DNA of 64,000 nucleotides from Balanoglossus misakiensis (taxonomy: Eukaryota; Animalia; Hemichordata): NCBI GenBank assembly GCA_040954595.2, contig CM082579.2, positions 8,421,625 to 8,485,624 on the forward strand. The letters run 5' to 3'. A model generated the notes under the pieces. It saw nothing but the letters and a program-made list of their open reading frames with translations, was not told the origin of the DNA and did not search any database. Below, piece by piece: positions 58,201-64,000 of this stretch (positions are counted from its first letter, which is position 1; each line of letters starts with the position of its first letter). The position numbers and the translations under genes were made by a program.

Positions 58201-61200
58201 TATGGGTGAAGCATGGATGTACATGTACCGTACATGCATGGATGATGGTTGAAGGCAAGTGACGACACAAAGCTAATGAAGTACACAGAGACGCTAATCC
58301 TGGAAATTCCGCCGCGCTACCTTAATTGTAATACAGATGATTTGTGGTAATGCATCAAAGGAGATTTAATCAGAAAGGTGTTACTCTAAACTCTCATTAT
58401 TCTGCCCATGTACATGTACATGAGATTTCGCAGCACCAGGTTATGTATGTAGAGTATTCAGTCACCAAAGTGTTTCTTCTCACGCAAGTATAGAATAATG
58501 TAGTTTACTTGCGCTGCGTCGAGCACAAACGTTACATCAGCCCTTGAAAAAAACACTAACAAGCAGTCTGTTTTACCATCCCAAAACGACTACATGGATG
58601 ACATGGGCAAGTTATTTTGGAAGGTACTTGCTCCATCGGGACTGCTTGCAACATTTGTCTCACAACCATTTTTTCTACTTGCCATGTCTACATTTCAGGC
58701 ATTTTCTATACTAGTAATATTGTCATTATATCAGAATCAGTTGATATTTTAATTATTTTATGGACTGGTGTATTTCTGATTTGGACAAGTACAAGTACTT
58801 CGCATTTTAAATAATATCAAACCATCTCCATGTCTTGTAAAAAAAATAGGCACGCTATGAAAGACCCATAAAAGACAACAACCCTACACGCTATCAGATA
58901 ATGGAACTGCGTTAGAAGGAACCTGTAAATCATTTTTCTTCAATCACAGCAGTAATTGACAACTTTCCCACTCTAACTTTATGCCCGCATTTATTTTAGA
59001 AAATGTGAAATCGGAGAACACTTCTACAAATTCTACAGCCAGTTCAGAAGCATACATAGTCATCAATCATTACCCTAACTGGTAATTTTCTAAATCCAAT
59101 CGGTTACTGATTCTATGGGAATCGCTTTACATCAATTCTAATTTTAAAATGCACTTTACCCCAGGCAGAGAATTTCAGAAGTTATTAATCTAGGACTACT
59201 TTTAATGTCTCTCAATAAAACTGCAAAACAAGGAAGGGATGGTGTACGCATACATGCACGAACATCAATCACACTGGCTGTCTATAAAACTTGCAAATAT
59301 GGAGTTCAATTTTCAAATAAAATCCCTTCCATGAGAAAAGGAGGAGACAAACACACTGATAGTAAAACTCTGGGGGTTACAACTTCATAAAAAGCAATTT
59401 GTCGTATAGTATTTTTTAATTTACATTGGGAAACAGAAACGTGGCTTATTAGACATCATCAAGGCTATTCACCCCTTAGATATTAATGGTTTGGCCTGGA
59501 TATAATAATGTTATCAATGATAAAAATTGGACTTCTACTTTTCAAAGGGGGTTAATGGAAAATTCCAGCAAACCCGCAATGACAGAAACAAGGAATTGGC
59601 CATAAACTATTTATTTCATCTGCAAATATTTGTACGTTTACAACCTGAAAAATAGGTGCAGTTATTGCTCATACAAGTTTTCACTCAGCTGTATAAGGAG
59701 AGATTGCTGGCAAAAACAAATCAGCCACCTAGATGTTAGACTAAGAGTGTCTTTAATGTAATTTGACAAAATGGGCATGGTAAGCCAAGTGTCAAATGCA
59801 GACAGATAGAAACCTACGCAAATGACAGGTATACAATTATTAATTCATCTATCTTATCTCAAAAGACGCAATAAGCATGAGAGCATTTCTTCTTCTGAAT
59901 AATAATGCCAAGAATGCTTCTATTTGGAGACCACTTCAGAACTGACTTGTATACCGGTAGTATCAATGCTGAATATCTCTCTCTATGAGGTTACACTGAC
60001 CTGCCAATCACCGACATATCACATGATACATTGTATCAGTCTGACATGTTTCAACTCTCCTTGTAACAAGAACCAATCGGGATTGTTTGAATGTCTCTCT
60101 AATGACCAGAAATGATGACCATGTATTCAAACCTGATTCTATGCAGCTTTCAGTTAGAATTACAGTTTTCAGTGGGAATACAGATCCTATTCGTGAGTGT
60201 AACACAGATAACGTTCTAGTGATGCCATTTTTATGCATTTTTCCTCTCGCAGAATATCGTTCCAATATTAATCCCACTGCCTCTAAGGTGTATCTTTTAG
60301 CAATACAAGTGGGTGTCAGAGGTGATATGTCCAGTACGTAATGTACTGGCCCAACAATGTTGAAAATGTCACGCAAACTCTATTGAACAGCGCCCTCTAC
60401 ACTACACAATAAAACTAACACGATGTTGTACGAAAATGGTTTGCTAAAACAATAAGTGTACTGTAGTACAGCATTTTTTTCGCAATGTGTTTCCAAACAG
60501 AGCTGAATGTGATGCAATAGCCTAACTCATTTTGTCTGGTAATTTGAAAAAAAAGCAATTAAATGACATTGAGGTTTCTTTCGACCCTCAACTCTTTCAA
60601 AGTGTAGGAGGGATGTTGTTATTATGGCAGAAAAAATAATGAGTTCTGAAAATAGGAATATCTTCAATGCAAATTGATCATGAAGCCAAAAGTGATTTGC
60701 CGGCCATATTTCGAGGCCTATTCCCACATCTGATCGTAATAACCACAGCGATATAGCAGTTTGCTTTTATCTACATGTATAGATGAAAATGGGAAATGCA
60801 ATCCCTTTTTTGGAGTCCTGTCCCAAGTTCACACATCAATCAATGCAGTGTGACGAGATTATAAGTCGTTTTTATTTCGAGTTAAGCCATCACCACAATG
60901 ATGTCAGGTAACCTCTGACCTCTGCCATAGCTTCTGATGAAAAAAGCCCAAATGAAAAGATACAGGTGACAGTGTTAAATTAGAGTTGTCTGTGTTCCCG
61001 AGTCTTCTGTCAATTATCTTCAATAGTTTTGTGATGTGTTGGTAAAATGTAAGTTGGTAAACTGCGAAAGTCTCGGATCCATACTGTCTAACAGACAGGG
61101 TGGGCCGCGTTGTCAATGTTGGGCTATTGGACATTGTCACAATCAAATTCAGGAAAGAACTCTGATATTAAGTTCTTGACATGGATTATAATTATGGTCA

Positions 61201-61347
61201 AGTACACTTCTTTGGTTGGTCATCTTCTGGTATTTCGGGTCCCAAAGTTTCCTGTGTAATAACGAATGAAGCTGCGACAGACTGTTAAAAGCGCAAATGA
61301 TACTTGCGATGGAAGACATCTATTAGTCTCTTCATGTCGAAGGTTTT

Positions 61348-61569
61348 CTAAAAACAGTATGGGAGACAACATGGAGGACATCGATTATAAAGGTGGTCAC
61401 CCCGCTTGTTTTTGTCGGGTTTGTTGATGATTCCCTCAGCCGCAAACTTCCGATCTGGCCGAACTTCGTTGACTTCACGGATCCGTCCTGGCATCTGGGG
61501 AAAGGCAGGCACCGAAGTCGCCGGAAGCAAGCAGCACAGCAAAATGACGACAACGAATGAAAGCTTCAT
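61348..61569 (-). CDS. Intronless 73-aa secreted prepropeptide with a C-terminal Cys-rich peptide
   Basis: ACCATG start at 61569; MKLSFVVVILLCCLLPATS signal peptide; charged pro-region; KR site; GDHLYNRCPPCCLPYCF*. TATA-like TTTAAAA at ~61679-61685 and AATAAA at 60871-60876 (minus strand). Confidence 0.75.
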   Translation of the reverse strand: MKLSFVVVILLCCLLPATSVPAFPQMPGRIREVNEVRPDRKFAAEGIINKPDKNKRGDHLYNRCPPCCLPYCF

Positions 61570-63122
61570 GGTCACGGCGTTGGTTCTCGTTCAAATGGTT
61601 GGAACAGTTACCGCAATGTTGCTCGTCTGCTGTAACAGCGTCGATGGCTGCAGTGCGCGCTTCAGTCACTCGAATGCGTTTTAAATCGTCAATTCCTGGC
61701 TGGAGTAATTGCAGAGTGGCGTACGTTCGTCCCCCTCTATTGTTGTCCTGCTTATCCTGACAAATGCTGGTATGTGAATGCGAGCAACAGGTCGCTATTT
61801 AAGTCTATTTTAAATCACACTCCCAATGGTGACGCCTATACACCTACACCACATACAGTTTGTCGGCCGACCGTCCTTGATTCCAAGGCACATTTCTCGG
61901 GTCACTATACTCTGCTTTCATCCAGTTTTGGGCCATTTCTTGTATGAAAGTATTAAAGATCGTTATCCTTTCAAATTCACATTTATTCTGGCCACATGGC
62001 TACAACCAATACAACAAGCGAACTCAGCAATAAAGTTCAACAGTTAAAGGTATACAGTCACCTATGCAAATTTAGCTACAGTTAGCCGGGTAAATTGAGA
62101 TCTAATCAATCACATATTTTCATGTCAAAATGAAAAAAGAGCGCCACCAAACGTTTTTTAGAACACTCAAATACGCCATTTCAGCTATATACATGTATGG
62201 CGAATTTGGCGATATGTAAATCGGAGGTGACCGTCAATCAATGACAATCAATCCATGCCATCAGCTTCATGTGCTAAAAATTAAGCCTACAGTCCACAGT
62301 TTACGACCCCTGCTTCGTGTCAAAAGTAAGAAGAAATTTGTAATTGAACACTTCCTTATAGCTACAGGGTATACAAGAAGTAGTCTTCTGGTGAAAGAGT
62401 ACGCTGACAATCTTTGAAATATCGATTACCAAGACTTTAATATAAGATAGCCCTGTGTTTATTTCCATATTTCCATCATTCTAAGAGTATCCATTCGACT
62501 TCACAATACAAATGGCTACAGCAAAACTTTCTGATTCGCTGTCCACCAAATTAAAACATGCTGTAAAAATTTGCGACTACTCCAGTGTGAAATGCTCTTA
62601 TCCGTGCACAGTTGATAATAAGGAATGATATGCTAAACTGCAGATCTGATTTCAGGCGGCCATCTGGCAGCCTCCCCTCTGCTGACTTTGCGATTTGACC
62701 TCTTGACCGGAGCATATTACGGCCGAGTTGTTAACATACGGCATGCATCACGGGCGGAGAGAGAATCGCGGGGCCCGCCTGCTGGAAAACATCCATGGAT
62801 TTCGGATGTTTTTCTTGGCAATGCTGAACTGTAGGTCTGCACCGATGGACCCCGGTGTGGAACTGGTTATTCTTGGAATGCATTCAACACCAGCAAAATT
62901 ATCATAAAACGTCGGCCTTTTGAGACTCGATTACCGGCTTCGGGAATGGTGGAAGCGTTTCCCATTCCTCGGTAATTACGAATCTGACCCCACTGTGCGC
63001 TGGGGTTGATCATGCATGAAATAATAAATATCCCATTTGGAGGGCTCACACTGCGACGGGAACTGCCTTTGCCACTAATGGCATTACAGACAGTGAGTTG
63101 TGGATCGCGTTAGCTTATGGAC

Positions 63123-63293
63123 TAGACTCTCTCACAGCCCACGGTTCGCTACAAGGCTCTTCACTGACGCACCCTCAACCGTTTGGCAAGGGAGAAGCAC
63201 CGTTTGGTGTTGTGTAGCGAACCTCTCGCCGGGCACGCATGCAATCAGTCCTTAAGCCTGCATGGACGGCGAGAGGGGTTGTGAGAGAGTCTA
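63123..63293. mobile_element. 171-bp MITE with a perfect 9-bp TSD (CTTATGGAC)
   Basis: TIRs tagactctctcacagccc and gggttgtgagagagtcta; CTTATGGAC at 63114-63122 and 63294-63302. Confidence 0.88.
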
Positions 63294-64000
63294 CTTATGG
63301 ACCACATTTGATGGCAGTGCAAAACAGGATTAAAGAGATTTACATTACATGTATTCCCAAGTCTGACATATCAGCACAGAATATTTCTCCAAAAAAGTTC
63401 GCTACATTGCAGCCATGGAGCAAATCTAGCTCAATCGCTGTATATTGATTCCCCCGGAGTAAAATGCTACTTATAATGCAACCGAGGATTGTAACCTTTA
63501 AATAAGCTTTTATTGACAAGTGTATTAACCAAGTCTCTCAGCAGCTTCTCGTAAATTTCATTGTAACTTTAAAGCTGGTAACTATGGCCAGTAGTTGTAC
63601 TGTTAGCCTATCCTCCCCCCCCCCCCTTCAGTACATGTATTTTTGTTGTGTGTGTATAGACTGCATCTTCTTGTTCTACTCCTTACAACATGCTAAACTT
63701 AAAGGCAAGGTATTTGCGAGCCAACATGTAATTTATTGTAATGTTTCATCCAATCAGTAAACACAGCAGGCGCAGGCCTGTGTACTTGATCCCAACCTTC
63801 AGAGGGCAGTGTGACTGTTTATCGTCATAACATGCCTACGTGCCAAACAGTGCATAATCACTTGTTGGACAAAAACTACGCTTTCTTTGATGATAGAATC
63901 CACAAAACCAGTGATGTAGACGTTGTCTTCAAAAGTATTTAAACTACAATATTGTATTCGTGTCCCATGTTAGAACTCCTCAGTTAATTTTATATACCCC

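Noticed and set aside
55300-64000. Upstream coding exon(s) of the KLHL gene
   Set aside because: No convincing exon with a compatible phase-2 donor was identified by eye; probably outside the window or too divergent.

Overview
Eukaryotic (animal) genomic DNA: spliceosomal GT-AG introns, microsatellites, MITEs and GC3-rich exons in an AT-rich background. Gene content suggests a marine invertebrate, possibly a non-vertebrate deuterostome (inference only). Gene models assembled by hand from splice sites: (1) two divergently oriented prokineticin-receptor-like class A GPCRs (4654-6429 minus; 15369-20728 plus), each split by a phase-2 intron inside the DRY/DRF arginine; (2) between them, a two-exon gene for an unrecognised 155-aa secreted protein (8283-9420 minus) that the ORF track only half captures, plus a 750-bp solo LTR with a 4-bp TSD; (3) a five-exon MS4A/CD20-like four-TM protein with PPxY motifs (31746-36320 minus); (4) nine exons of a KLHL1/4/5-like BTB-kelch gene (44350-55241 minus, 5' end not found); (5) an intronless 73-aa prepropeptide gene (61348-61569 minus) predicted to release a C-CC-C peptide, GDHLYNRCPPCCLPYCF. 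The best candidates for new biology are the possible receptor/orphan-ligand cluster and the Cys-rich peptide precursor. No database searches were possible, so family calls rest on recalled motifs.
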